A stretch of 64,000 nt of DNA, from the NCBI RefSeq assembly GCF_964355755.1, contig NC_092671.1, positions 40,682,304 to 40,746,303 on the forward strand, written 5' to 3'. The notes under the pieces are model-generated. The model saw only the letters and a program-made list of their open reading frames with translations, had not been told where the DNA came from and did no database searches. The position numbers and the translations under genes are program-made. Source of the stretch: Antedon mediterranea (Eukaryota; Animalia; Echinodermata). Positions 1 to 12,295 of the stretch are shown here, piece after piece; the first letter of the stretch is position 1, and each line of letters starts with the position of its first letter.

Positions 1-227
1 GTAATCAGTGTATGTGCTTGTAGGCAGACGGATTTAAGTATGTACTCTTATACTGTATATTATATAACAGATCAAATTTGTACAAGAAAAAAAATAGATT
101 GTGAAGTTTAAGTTGCTACATCTCATCTATTATATTCTATGAATGGACTTGTAGAAAACATTGATATTAAATTGTACCACAAATCCAAACATGGTCTTCG
201 TATATTTTGTGTCTTAATTTGTAGTCA

Positions 228-2068
228 CTAGAGGGTGAGCTCGCTTCGCTCGCTCCCCCTCTAGGAAGTGTAGACGATGGTTCTCGGAATGATAATGTTC
301 TCCTTATACGTTTTCTGTCGGTTACCATTATTGAAAATGCTTGACATTCGTAAAACTAAACTACTTTGTATCACAGTGTTTAAGATGATTAATAACATTT
401 TAAAGTATAGTTTTTATTGTTTGGTAGGGCCCTTTGGAGAGGCGGAGGTCATTTGAGGGAGGTGCTTATTCGAGGGATATATGTTAAATTTTTTAGTTTT
501 AATAATATGGTAACATTTATAATCAAATGAAATCCTCTAATAGATATGAAAAGTGCTAAAGAAGAATAACAAATGCTTGGTAAATTGTAGATAACAGTGC
601 GGTGAATTCTACTACAAATAGTATAATTGTGTTATTATAAATATGTGGATGGACGTTTATTAGATAGTTGGGTTGGGGGGGGGGGGGTTATTATTCAAAG
701 TGATGTTTTATTGGAGAGGCATTTATTCAAATGAATACCATCCTAACAATTATTAATACATTATTTAATTTAATCATCTTTTGAAACTAACTGCCGTGAC
801 AGAGTGGGCCCAAGAAAGAAGACATTACGGCTTGCAACATGGGCAGACATCTTGGTCCTAATGGGACACAGGAAGATAGCCTACAGTTATTCCTGCAAGC
901 TTACTCAATAAAACTCAGCTATCGGGATTTCACTCGAAAAATGTCTTATCATCAAATCTCCCTATGTAATTTTATAATACTATTCCCCACAATATATTCT
1001 GATTCTTTATGGCGTATATTTAATTTGATCTTTATTAATTTGCAGTATAATTCCTATTATTTAACTACTGTACCTTCACACACGCGCGGTATCTATATAT
1101 AAATTATGGTTAATTCTGACATATTTTTCGTCTTCCAAAGGGACACTGTATTGATTGATGGAAAGTGCCTGTTTCCAGTCACCTTTAGGGTCAAATCTAT
1201 TATTTTAACTGCTCCCTTGTGTATAAAAGAGAGAAAATATTTGAAACCAGGTTGTTGCAAGGTGAACTTATCTTAAACCCGGAAATTACTTTGACCGGGA
1301 AGAATTGAAATTGAAATGAAAAACAAATGTTGAAATCATAAATTTTGATAAAAAACTCTTTATAATATCTTCCTAAGATAGAAATATGGAACAATAGCGT
1401 CGGCGTGAACACTAATGTTATCAAATCTACGTTTCGCGGTACATCTCAGATAGATAAGGTAGGTATCCAAGGCGGAGATTTGTACCAAAGTTTTTGCATT
1501 GTGCTCGCCTATGTCAGAATTAACCATAATTTATATATAGATGAGTATACAGTACTTTCCTTTACGACGCCTGAGGGAATAGACACTTGTGGAACGACAC
1601 AGAGATTGGAATGTTCCATTCATCGCAAATCAATACATTTGTATAAACGTATATTAAATCTATCAAAATAGTATTTTTTAAAGAAAATCGGCCTGTCTTC
1701 AACATTATGATACTGTACTCGAGCTGTTCAACCGGTTTTCAGCTATTAAAAACAATTATCCTAGGAGAAGATAGGAAAATGCGAAGTATCCTCGTATTAT
1801 TGTGTGCAGGTATTTTTCATGAGGACATCCATTAGACAGTGTATACCACGATCGAAAAAAACCCCTATTTGGGAAAAATCGTTGAACCTAAATTCGTTTT
1901 AATTGTCAATAAGTAATTATCTAACTAAATTTAATTAGTACACAGGGTTACATCAGGTGGTTAAAATCAGTACCGAGATTCTAACCAACTTTATATACCA
2001 TCGAGTAAACATTCTAGAAATAACGCGCGATTTACCGAATTTTGCCCTTACGTAAATTTATATATAGA
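228..2068 (-). mobile_element. Non-autonomous Helitron
   Basis: The minus strand starts TCTATATATA (2068) and ends CCCTCTAG (228), with a terminal hairpin ctagagggtgagc...gctccccctctag (228-264). It sits between A and T with no TSD. The empty site tagtca|tcacagg is at 7696/7697. Confidence 0.85.
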
Positions 2069-2545
2069 TCACAGGACTTTGAGTTTGAAATTTGGAACTG
2101 AACAGCGGCGGTTGAATAATTTCTATTTGTTTTTTGAAACATAAACATTTACAAAAAATAATTAACAATAAAATAAATGTGTAAACACATTAAATTTTAC
2201 TATGATGATGCATTTTATTTCGTAACTAAATTCAATTCGAAATATAAACAACGTCAATGGTAAAATCAACGCCCATGATGTCTTTCAACGTTTTTACAAC
2301 GTCATAATGATTAACATAATCTTTAGCATTGATGGATGAACACACTTCATATTGTTCAAAATATATCATGCACAATGTCTTCCAGATGTTATAATTCACA
2401 ACAACGATTTACATAACATTTCTTTCAACGAATTGCAGATAGTTATTTATCCTGTTAAGAGGTGAGTTTGTTGCAATAGGGATTTCACACAGGTAAGACG
2501 TATTTTCCTCTTTTGTAATTCAATTCAAATTACAATTTACCATTG

Positions 2546-2655
2546 TTTTTAGTCGCGTGGACGCGACTCTATAGTTCACTATGTCGGCGGTCTGTCTGTC
2601 GGTCCGGTATCACTATGCGTTTTAGCACGCGACTTATGGATGTTGGCCTTGTTTT
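2546..2655 (+). mobile_element. Short Helentron/DINE-1-like (HINE) element
   Basis: T-rich flanks, 5' palindrome agtcgcgt-gg-acgcgact, GTCY/GTCG microsatellite and 3' subterminal inverted copy acgcgact. Related copies at 39908-40640 and 45161-45273. Confidence 0.65.
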
Positions 2656-3639
2656 ACAACAACACCCAACAATACACCAAAAAGGTAGGGGGTAATTGTC
2701 AGAGATGATATTGAGTGATAAAATATATTGCCTGTAACTTAACCTAGGTTAAATTGTTTAAATAAATAAGGGACGTGAATCTAGCATATCTCTCGAGTTC
2801 GTTATTATTCTAACTCTTAATTTTGGTAACTTATGTAGTTTTATGTGTTGGGTGTTCATTTCCCCATTCAATGTTTCCTTATTGAAGATGTGGCAAGATA
2901 ACTGCGTTATATAGAATTATTAGTATGTGCACAGGAAAAATATTTTAACTTTGCAGATGATACCAATGCCCTTATCAATCTTATTACATACATATTTGAT
3001 GTGGAGTTTCCAGCTTAAATTTTCGTTTATAGGCCTAATAATACCGTAAGAAAGTAATTTTTTATAATATTTTTAGGTTTGTACCATTAATTTTTGTGGG
3101 AATATTTTGTCTCGGTATTACGATTTTTTGTGTTGTGAAAATAACATAATTATAGTTTTATTTACATTTAGGACAAGTTTGTTTGCTTTGAACCATTCAT
3201 TAAATTTAGAGTTACGAACAAGCCATTCCTTGCTGGTCAGCAGAAGGCAGAGTTTTTTATTTCTCCATCATGGGGATATGAAGATACTGTACTTTCAGTT
3301 TTCTTGGCCATGGTTTCTTTTATAAAAAAAAAGTGCATCATTGCCATGTTGTTGAATATTCTTATTGAATGTATTAGTTATACAATCAATTAAATACTAA
3401 CTGTAGCTGTAGCGTGACTATTTCGCAATGTGTGTTTATTGTATAGATCTTATTGATTTGTTTTATTATACATCAGGTGAATATTTACATCCATTGAAAA
3501 TCAATTGGATTATTCCATTTAGGTTGCAGAAGTTGATTGGAAATTCTAATTAGCAATCTTTCTTTAATGAGATTTTTTCATCTTTAATTGACGATAGAAT
3601 GACTCATATTTTAATGAACCAATATAATAGTTTTAACTA

Positions 3640-4216
3640 GACTAGACACTCTTAATATCTCATCCACAATCGCCATTAGAGATTGTTATACTGTTCTATT
3701 TGTTTGCAATGTTTTACTTTATCATCAAAGATCTATTATTTATAATTTATTCATAGTTAATAATCGTCATGATACCCTCACTTTCAAGCATCTTTGCTTC
3801 AGTAATGATATGTCAAAATTTTTCATCCCGACCAGCTTCACTAGAACTTGGAATTCCATACCCAATGAGATTCGCGATATTTTTGTTAATGGTTCATTTA
3901 TTAATTTTAAATTATCTCTAAAGCAATATTTTAAATGTCGGAGAGAAACTTTTAACTTTTTCAATCATTTTTTTAATCTTGTGAAATGTCTATGTTATTA
4001 TAGTATATATATTCTTGTTTTTTTATAATTTTTGTGTTGGAGAGACATACCTTACCGGTGACAGCGTTTTGTTTAATGCTATTGTCTCTCATCGGCTTCG
4101 TGTCTTGTAGGCTACTTCAGATATATATATATATATATATTTCTTTCTTTGTTTTGTAATTATTATTTCATGTTTATTGCCGAAATTAATAAAATAAAAT
4201 AAAATAAATAAAATAA
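3640..4216 (+). mobile_element. 5'-truncated LINE 3' end (CR1/L2-like)
   Basis: Absent from the parent locus (~21760). Encodes an ORF2 C-terminal-like peptide FTRTWNSIPNEIR...FKLSLKQYF and ends in an (AAAAT)n tail. Confidence 0.6.
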
Positions 4217-4268
4217 CTTTTGTTTTTTTTTACATAATTTTGATTTTTTTTTCGAGATATCTGTTACA

Positions 4269-4843
4269 ATGACATCCAAAACAGGAGCTAGCGTTGATGT
4301 CGAAATAGCGGGCAACTCCGGAGACGCCGCCATACCTACCACAGCATCTAATCCAAGTGAACTTGCAAACCTCTCAAATGAGGCTCTCAATTCTCTCAGT
4401 GAAAAATTTGGAAGTAAGTCATATAATAATATTTGAAAAAGTTTGGGTTGATGGGTGCCTTTAAAAAAAATATTTCCTATGCTCACAATATTTTGATTTT
4501 TATAAGATGTTTGTGTAAATAAAATTGTGTACAAAGTTTAATGTTAATATGTTTATGATAAAAAGTACTGATCCCCTTTCCACTATGAATATATAACTTA
4601 AATTCTCATGGCTTATGTTTTCTCACTTTAAATTCCTTTTTTAATTAAAGTTCTTTTATATTTGGTTTTGTTCCGCTAGTACCTGTGTTTGCAGTAGTAG
4701 CTTCCATAGCTGCCCTATTATTAGGCCTAAAACTGTTATGTTGCTGCATATGTATTTTTAAGATGTGCTGCAAGAAAAAAAAAGGTCTGAAGGGCGTTGA
4801 CTTGACGAGTGTTTCCATGTTAGAAAACAGCTTAATGGAACAG
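4269..4843 (+). pseudogene. Duplicated synaptotagmin coding exons 1-2 (4269-4413, 4680-4843): lumenal, TM and polybasic region, open frame, no C2 domains
   Basis: Translates MTSKTGASVDVEIAGNSG...EKFG / [57 protein letters not shown] donors and the tag acceptor are retained. Functional status unknown. Confidence 0.8.
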
Positions 4844-5167
4844 GTATGTTATTTATTGTTCCGTCTTCATAGTATCTTGTGATGATGATATATTCATTTT
4901 TTACAATATGTAATAATACTAATAATAATAAAAATGTTAAATTGTGACTTTTAGAGCGCATGCTGATGCGCTTCACATAAAATAAAAGTAATCCCTGAAA
5001 AAATAAAATAAAAAAGAACAACTAAAAATTGGAGTGACAGGCCATAACATATAGACCTACTAGGTGACATAAAATATTATACAAATAATGAATGTGTAAG
5101 AGTGCAATGGTACAAATAATTGCATTATTTACCTATACATAACGTCTGTATTTTTATACATGTATAG

Positions 5168-5597
5168 GAAGCTCAAGCATATGCAGATGACAATAGCTTA
5201 CTGTTGATTGGAAACATCAGCTAAAACAGCAATGAATGTCAATGATATTTTCTTGGCAAGAGGTAACATTATAACTTTTTACAATCTTTTAATTTAAAAT
5301 ACAAAAAGTGTTTTGCTAAAGTTATTTACACTAAGCATTTCATGCTAAATTTCAAATTGAGGAAAATAAATATTCTTCCCTGGTGATCAAAGGTGTGTTT
5401 GTTGAAACTGTTTTACTTGCTTCAATATTATCAACACTATGTAGGTACTATTGTGTGTTATTATACTAAAATCTACTTCTTTTTTTTATTTAGCAAAAAA
5501 GAATCCGAAGAACGAACCAGCCCAACTGTTTCATTCACAATTTATTAATAATTAAGCTAGTCCGCAGGCACTCCAAACGGGAAATAATGTGTTATAA
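5168..5597 (+). pseudogene. RAB5: Last two exons of a Rab5 copy (5168-5262, 5494-~5597), frameshifted and degenerate
   Basis: Reads [12 protein letters not shown], then a 1-nt insertion, then [16 protein letters not shown], then next exon AKKNPKNEPAQ. This matches the Rab5 C-terminal sequence [40 protein letters not shown]. Splice sites are canonical; no intact CC prenylation motif is seen. Confidence 0.88.
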
Positions 5598-7153
5598 AAC
5601 AAAGCTAACATTTGTATCCACAAAGTAGTATATTATCTAGTTTACCCTTTCCCCTCCCCAACCCACCCCAATCCAACTTTTATTTTTATACCCCTATGTT
5701 TTTCTTTCTCTTTTTCATCTTTCCTACAATGTGTTTTTATGTCACCTTATGTCTGGTATCTTTCCTCCTTTTTTGTGTATTTCAATATGATACATATTTG
5801 ATTCTTGTTTTTAAAGCACTTCAATATCGCAGTGTTAATTGATGGTGTAGTAATCCTGGTTATCACAACATAACTACTGTATTTGTACTATAAGTTTATA
5901 TAGGTAGGTGGGAGTAGTTAAAAGACAATAATCAACTCATCAGACATAATCAAATATTATTATTTCTGTATTAATCCTTATGTTAAATTGTAAAAGAATG
6001 TTTGTAGTGATACTATAAATAGAACATTATCAATGGTAGGTAGGCATGTTGTACATTATTGAGTGTAAGTGGGTGGTTTTTGTCATTTAATGTTCAGTTG
6101 ACAATCACAATGTGATGATATTTTTGCACAGGCAAATTACTATTTAATTTTTTATTTTAAAAATCAGCGGACAATTGGTGTTTTTTTGTAATTTCTTATT
6201 TAAACTCTGAAGCATATTATATAAATATTTCTTATTAATAATACAAAATAAATTGGTGGGATAAAGTGGTGTGTAATAATATTGATTTGCTTAATTGAGA
6301 TTTCCTTTGTATTCTTGTGACCATACATTGATGTTTGCTCCTTTTTGAAAAACTCAAAGTATGTACGTAAAAAGTTTGTTAAGGCTACCGTATACTACTG
6401 CAGTAATATTTATATATACTCTTAAGTCTTTTTTTTTTTCATAAGCTTTTAGATGTTGCCGATTAAATATATTTTAAGTAAGTCATGGATAATTATGTAA
6501 ATGTCATCTAATGATTTTGTAAGGAAACATTAAATGCTAAATAAGTTGAGCAAACAATAAATGAAATGTGATTTGTTTTGGACTTGCAGATTAAACAATT
6601 TTCTCGTTTATGCAGATTTTTGGAAGGTGGTTTAATAATCAATGATGTAATAAAGAACAGTATATATGCTAGTACAGGTATATAAATATATATAAATATA
6701 AAATGTATTTGTTAATTTTTATCACAGTTAGCCTAGCATTTAATTAAGTTTTTGTATGAGGGAACTGGTTATAGTTTTAGATTTTGGTCTCACAAAAATA
6801 ATTAGTTAAAAATAACAAAATAAAAAATTGCAAAATATTTAAATCAAAATATGACAGACTATTTGAAATGTATTCACTAATTACTCAAAACTTGTGGATT
6901 AATCAAAAGTTAAGAACAGTTATGAGTATGTTTTAGTGGATGATATTTGTAAAGTATAACATTTTCAAGAATGCATGTTGCATGTGCTGTTGTAACAGAA
7001 ATTATGTCTGCTTTTGAACCAATGTTGTACACCCCAGTAACTGCAGTAATGAGGTTTTTTACAAGTTAACTGCAACATAATATTTACTATTTGCTGTTAA
7101 TATCAGTTAATAATGTTCGTTATCTCTGTAAAGAAATAGACGTTTTTAACTTA

Positions 7154-7290
7154 TGCTTGGTTCCCACTAGAGACGCAACACAACGATGTAACGCAACAGG
7201 GATGGATTTATCCGACTGTCGCTTGTCATTGGTCAACTCGTTTGCGTTGCGTCTACGTCGTTGCGTTGCGTCTCTAGTGGGAACCAAGCT
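7154..7290. mobile_element. PIF/Harbinger (Tourist-like) MITE
   Basis: TIRs gcttggttcccactagagacgcaac / gttgcgtctctagtgggaaccaagc, with TTA on both sides (7151-7153, 7291-7293). Confidence 0.85.
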
Positions 7291-8099
7291 TTAGAGGTAA
7301 ACCAACATCATAAGATTCAAAAGCAGTTCAATAATTGCGTGACAAAGCTTCATATTATTATTGCACATGAAGTGCTGTTTACTAACCTTGTACATACTCC
7401 ATGGGTAGCTCATGTATATGTTTATTTCCAATTTGTTGTGGCCATGTTGATAATACCAATAACGTAATCAGTATATGTGCTTGTAGGCAGACGAATTTAA
7501 GTATGTACTCTTATACTGTATATTATATCAAACAGATCAAATTTGTACAAGAAAAAAAAATAGATTGTGAAGTTTAAGTTGCTACATCTCATCTATTATA
7601 TTCTATGAATGGACTTTATGTAGAAAACATTGATATTAGATTGTACCACAAATCCTAACATGGTCTTCGTATATTTTGTGTCTTAATTTGTAGTCATCAC
7701 AGGCCTTTGAGTTTGAAATTTGGAACTGAACACCGGCAGTTGAATCACTTTTATTTGTTTTTTTAAACAAAAACATTTACAAAAAATATTTACGAGGCAA
7801 CCCATTCCTTGTTGGTGTGTCATCATTCAAAAGAAGTCAGAGTTTGAATTCTCCAACATGAGGATATTAAGATACTGTACTTTTACACTTCTTATTACTA
7901 TTCTAGATAAAAAGAAAATAAACCATTATTATTATGGATTGTAGAACTGATAAAATGCCAAACAAACATGGGCGTTTCCAAATATTTCATTTTTGCCTTT
8001 CTGGCGTTCCGTACCTCTGCTGCTGATTACAACACTAATCATAGGTGGCGCCCCGTGAGATTTTAGCTTTCATCATTATACTGTATTTCTTCATCATTC

Positions 8100-8268
8100 A
8101 TCAACAATTAAAAAAATATGTGTGGGATCGATCGGATGAGGTCTATGGACTAGAGAGCGCGACACAAAACAGCGGGCGGCACACACAAAACAGTAGGCCA
8201 GTTATTTAGAAAGACAGGCCTGATGTGGTAGACGCTTTTTCTAGGTTATATTCTTGTTGTTTAGAAAG
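8100..8268 (+). promoter_or_regulatory. Candidate promoter / non-coding first exon of synaptotagmin
   Basis: CpG-richer patch ending in donor-like aag|gtaaag (~8268), followed by TAGGCCTA/GCTAG clusters like those after exon 1 of NUP205 and ALDH16A1. Inference only. Confidence 0.35.
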
Positions 8269-8486
8269 GTAAAGTTTTAGTTTGCATGTCAATAATCATT
8301 TTTGCATTTGTCATATATCGTATGTTAATGATCTTGCCTGATCTTTTGAAGTGTATAAACAATGATGCCTTTTTTTATTCAGAAAAAATTCCTGCTTACC
8401 TAGCCTAGCTAGGCCTAGGCCTAGGCCTACCTAGGCTAGCTAGCTAGTAGGCCTTGGCCTAATAGGCCTAGCCTAGTCCTAATCCG

Positions 8487-9084
8487 GGATGCTAGTCAAG
8501 TTGCCCCATCGCAAAGTCGCCCCATACAAAGTCGCCCCTTACACAGTCGCCCCATCGCAAAGTCGCCCCAACGCAAAGTCGCCCCATCGCAAAGTCGCCC
8601 CATCACAAAGTCGCCCTATCGCAAAGTCGCCCCTCTAGTCTAGATCGTAACATCATTTCCCAATCTTCAGATGGTGCGTTAGTGCGACAACGGCGGAGTA
8701 ATTACGGGGGTTTCCTTCTTGTGAGGTAGCACGTTAGTGCAACCGCGGATTGATTGTCGTCCTCTCTGATGATGGGGGAGCGTGTCGATCGTGTGACCTG
8801 AGACTATATGGCGACCGGGGCTTCCCCTTTTATGCCTATACGTTCCGTGTTATTTTGTGTATCATTGCGACATTTTACGCACTTGTTAAAACTATTTTAA
8901 CGTTTTGGGGCGACTTTGCGATGGGGCGACTTTGTGTTGGGGCGACTTTGCGATGGGGCGACTTTGAGTTGGGGCGACTTTGCGATGGGGCGACTTTGCG
9001 ATGGGGCGACTGTGTCGGGGCGACTTTGCGATGGGGCGACTGTGTAAGGGGCGACTTTGCGATGGGGCGACTTGACTAGCATCC
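8487..9084. mobile_element. Foldback/Mutator-like non-autonomous element with tandem-repeat TIRs (family of 37427-39652)
   Basis: Both ends read ggatgctagtcaag. Arrays of 15-17 bp (aagtcgccccatcgca) are in inverted orientation. The interior is the reverse complement of ~37636-37980. No TSD seen. Confidence 0.8.
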
Positions 9085-9151
9085 CTAGATAGAGGCCTAG
9101 GCCTATTGGATATCCCGGCCTATGCATAGGATGCCTAGGCTAATGTTATTA

Positions 9152-9839
9152 TGCACTTGTCAATTGTATGACGCACTATACGACCCCCGGAGAGGTGCGT
9201 CATTTGTCCGATGTGAGTCATACCTTTGTATACCATGACGCACCCCTGCGTCAAAAAAGTGACTTACCTTTACTAGACAATGACGCACCTATTTTAAAAT
9301 TAGCGACGGACCTTTTAGTGAATTATGACGCACCACGACTGTCTTTTTGACGTACCTTCACTGACGATTGTTGACCCCGACTACTGCAGTGCATGCAGTG
9401 TGATATAAAAAATCTCAAACTAATACGCGTGTCTGGTGCTATGGAGGCGCGCCAGGGTCGTCGATCGATGTTAATCAGGCCGGCTAGGAACGTTCTCACG
9501 TGATCACACAATCACACAAAGATTGGAACGGCTATTCATAATACAAATATTATGTCATTTTCCAGTTTGGCCGATAGAGGGCGCGAGTGATGACGCTCTC
9601 AAGCGTGACAATGTACAACCTGGCCGCCCCTCCGCGATCGTCAAGGCCTTGTTTTCAGGCTTTTTGGGTGGCGCGGGTTGGTGGTAAAGTGACGGACATT
9701 GACGCACCATTGAACATTGAGGCGACGCACCATTTGGGTTCTTTGACGCACCCCTGTGTCATTAATTATTTGTAAATGACGCACCCATGACGCACCACTC
9801 CCGGGGGTCGTATAGTGCGTCATACAATTGACAAGTGCA
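9152..9839. mobile_element. MITE, probably PIF/Harbinger
   Basis: About 40-bp TIRs tgcacttgtcaattgtatgacgcactatacgacccccgg, TTA on both sides and many internal TGACGCAC motifs. Confidence 0.8.
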
Positions 9840-11757
9840 TTACTTTCTGGTTTTTTGCCTCTTAATTATTTATATTTAAATTGTTATTTATTTTGTTTAC
9901 TTTGAAAGATAAAAATTAAGAAAATAAATGTTATTATGATGGATGAATGAATGAACTAACTAGGCCTAGGCCCTCTAGGCCTATCCAACTTGGCTAGGCT
10001 ACTAGGACCGACCCAATTATTGCTCTTTGCCAACGGTACTGTATCTTAAAATAATATATTAATGCTACTATAGGCCTAGGCCTAAATTGATCATAATTAT
10101 GCTCACAATCACTTATTTATTTCTTGTTTTTTGATGGGCCACACATGATAGCATAGACTATAAATATATATATATATATTATATATAAAGACAAAAAAAT
10201 AACAGTAATTTGATGTCTCAGCGGCATGCTTCGAGAGTTGTTACGTCGCGTATATTCACCACATATCTATCTTAGTCCTGGCAGCCGGCAACTGATCGCA
10301 TCGTTGGAGTTTTAATTAATTTCACATATCCCTGGAAAATAATGTATTTCATAATTCACGGGTTAGCTCATATCAGTGCTCAGTACAGTCGAGTTTGAAT
10401 CCTCAAAACTGTTTGAAACGGTATTTTTACTTCATTGAAAATGTGTGATGTTTTTTTAAAATAATGATTTAGATTGTGTTTCATATTGTACGGTATTCTT
10501 ATTGTACAGAGTTTGTCAATGATTTCAATCATCTTCTGGCCTGGTGATGTAGTACACAATGTTTAACCAAATGTAATTTAAACAAAAAGAAAATCAATCA
10601 ACTAACCTTCATAACTGATGAATTCAGTTAATAATTTCACAAATGTTTGTTACCGACATCTAAGTACTGTAATTACTGTGTACATACCTAATTGTGAGCA
10701 TTGGTAAAATCATTCCACATTTTGTTTTAGACATGACCATGATACTAGTACTGTATTATTGTTAATGTAAAGTGTTTTTTAAAAAGTTCAAGGATAACAT
10801 TTTTTTATTTCTGCCATGTGTATTTGATTGATTGTTACCTGGTTGAATATAAATGGGGTCCCCCTCCTAAATACCAGGGTCTACTACTAATTACTGTAGT
10901 CCAGCCAAGTGTATACAAAATATGATATTTAGTTAGTGCTATTACTAAGTGAATTTTCATTAATAAAAAATGTTGATATAAAGTTTGCGGACTTTCTCTA
11001 TTTTTCGCGTATGGAAAGGGTACAGAAAACATTTTTCAAAACAATTACTTTACTGTATTTCTGAATATTTAATATAAATAACCAAATTTCTCTATATTAA
11101 AATTGTTTTTCAATGTCTGATTACAAAAAAACAAATTAATTTTACTGTTTCAGTTTGAATCAAATGCAGGCCTTTACTGCAGTACCTACAGTATTATTCA
11201 ATCTGATTCAAATTGACAGGAACAGATGTTATATAAAATATAAATATTTTATATTTGTGGGATGGTACAAATACTGTACTTTAATATACAGATATTGACT
11301 GCTTAGAGGTTAAATATAAGATTTGACATCCCCGAGGGAATGATATTAAGTTCGAGTGTCATATTATAAATGTTGTGATTCTCTGTGTTTAGAGAAGGAT
11401 GCTTTAGACCAGGTCCGCCTTAATTAGCCAATCAAAATCGCATAAATTTTGGAGGGAAAATGTTATCCTCCTCTGAAGCCTAAAATTTGCATATCCAGTA
11501 TAAAAGTGGAATGTAATAGATATTAGGGGAGAAGAGAGAATAAGATCAGAGTAGATAAACGGAAAGATGATAAAGAAAATAAGGCTTAACTGGTACAGTG
11601 GTAGAAAGATGTATTATTAATCGAATTACAAGGAATAAATGTTCTAGTTGAGTTAAATATACTTTTTGTATGAGTTATCATTCAGTGACAGCTGTGTACG
11701 TCGCGTAGAAATATACGCCTGAGAAAGCTCGGAACCAACTAAGATAAATTCACTACA

Positions 11758-11771
11758 TGGTGGCAGCGGTG
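11758..11771 (+). other. Primer-binding site complementary to the tRNA-Leu 3' end
   Basis: TGGTGGCAGCGGTG directly follows the 5' LTR. It is the reverse complement of the ...CACCGCTGCCA-CCA end of metazoan tRNA-Leu(AAG/TAG). Confidence 0.8.
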
Positions 11772-12295
11772 AAAATTTTTGTTTACATGATTTAAGTATC
11801 AAGAAGAAGAAGAAGAAGAAGTGACAGTGCCTACTCTACGGGCCTGTTAAATCAGTAACCAAAAAGTTAAATGGTTACGAAGATCTGGATTCCTGACAGT
11901 TTTTATACCGTGCGTTGTTTGGATAATATTACAACGAAGAAGAAGTACAGTACTGTTGAGCTCAAGACTGCTGGATATTCATCGGAGATATATTCACCGA
12001 GATCTGAAAGAAGAAGACTGAAGTAACAGAAGGAAGCCCAGTAAATTTTGAGAAGATTTGCAAAGCTGACTTTGTAAACTATTTTTATTTCGAAAGTAAA
12101 TTTTTGTACGGAGCGAACTTGGAACGTTGTTTGTGACTTTGAAGTAAATTAATGTCTTATATTGTATTGCATTTAAAAATTTATGTGGATTTCATATTTT
12201 TACATATCTGAATGGAATCAAGGTAATACAAATACTTTTATAACATATTTTGTATACATAAGTTTACATATTTCATTAGTAAAATTGTTATTAGC

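Larger units (their letters stand above)
1..3293. repeat. Upstream copy of a duplicated segment (1-227, 2069-2160 and ~3212-3293 match ~7464-7884), interrupted by two insertions
   Basis: 1-227 aligns almost base for base to 7464-7696. 2069-2160 aligns to 7697-7790 and ~3212-3293 to ~7790-7884. Confidence 0.9.
3295..5090 (+). repeat. Partial duplicate of the synaptotagmin 5' coding region (matches ~21372-23160)
   Basis: 3335-3640 matches ~21400-21760. 4257-4640 matches ~21797-22170. 4660-5085 matches ~22795-23160. Confidence 0.93.

Noticed and set aside
8040-8058. CTCF-like motif taggtggcgcc
   Set aside because: Partial single match that cannot be supported from sequence alone.
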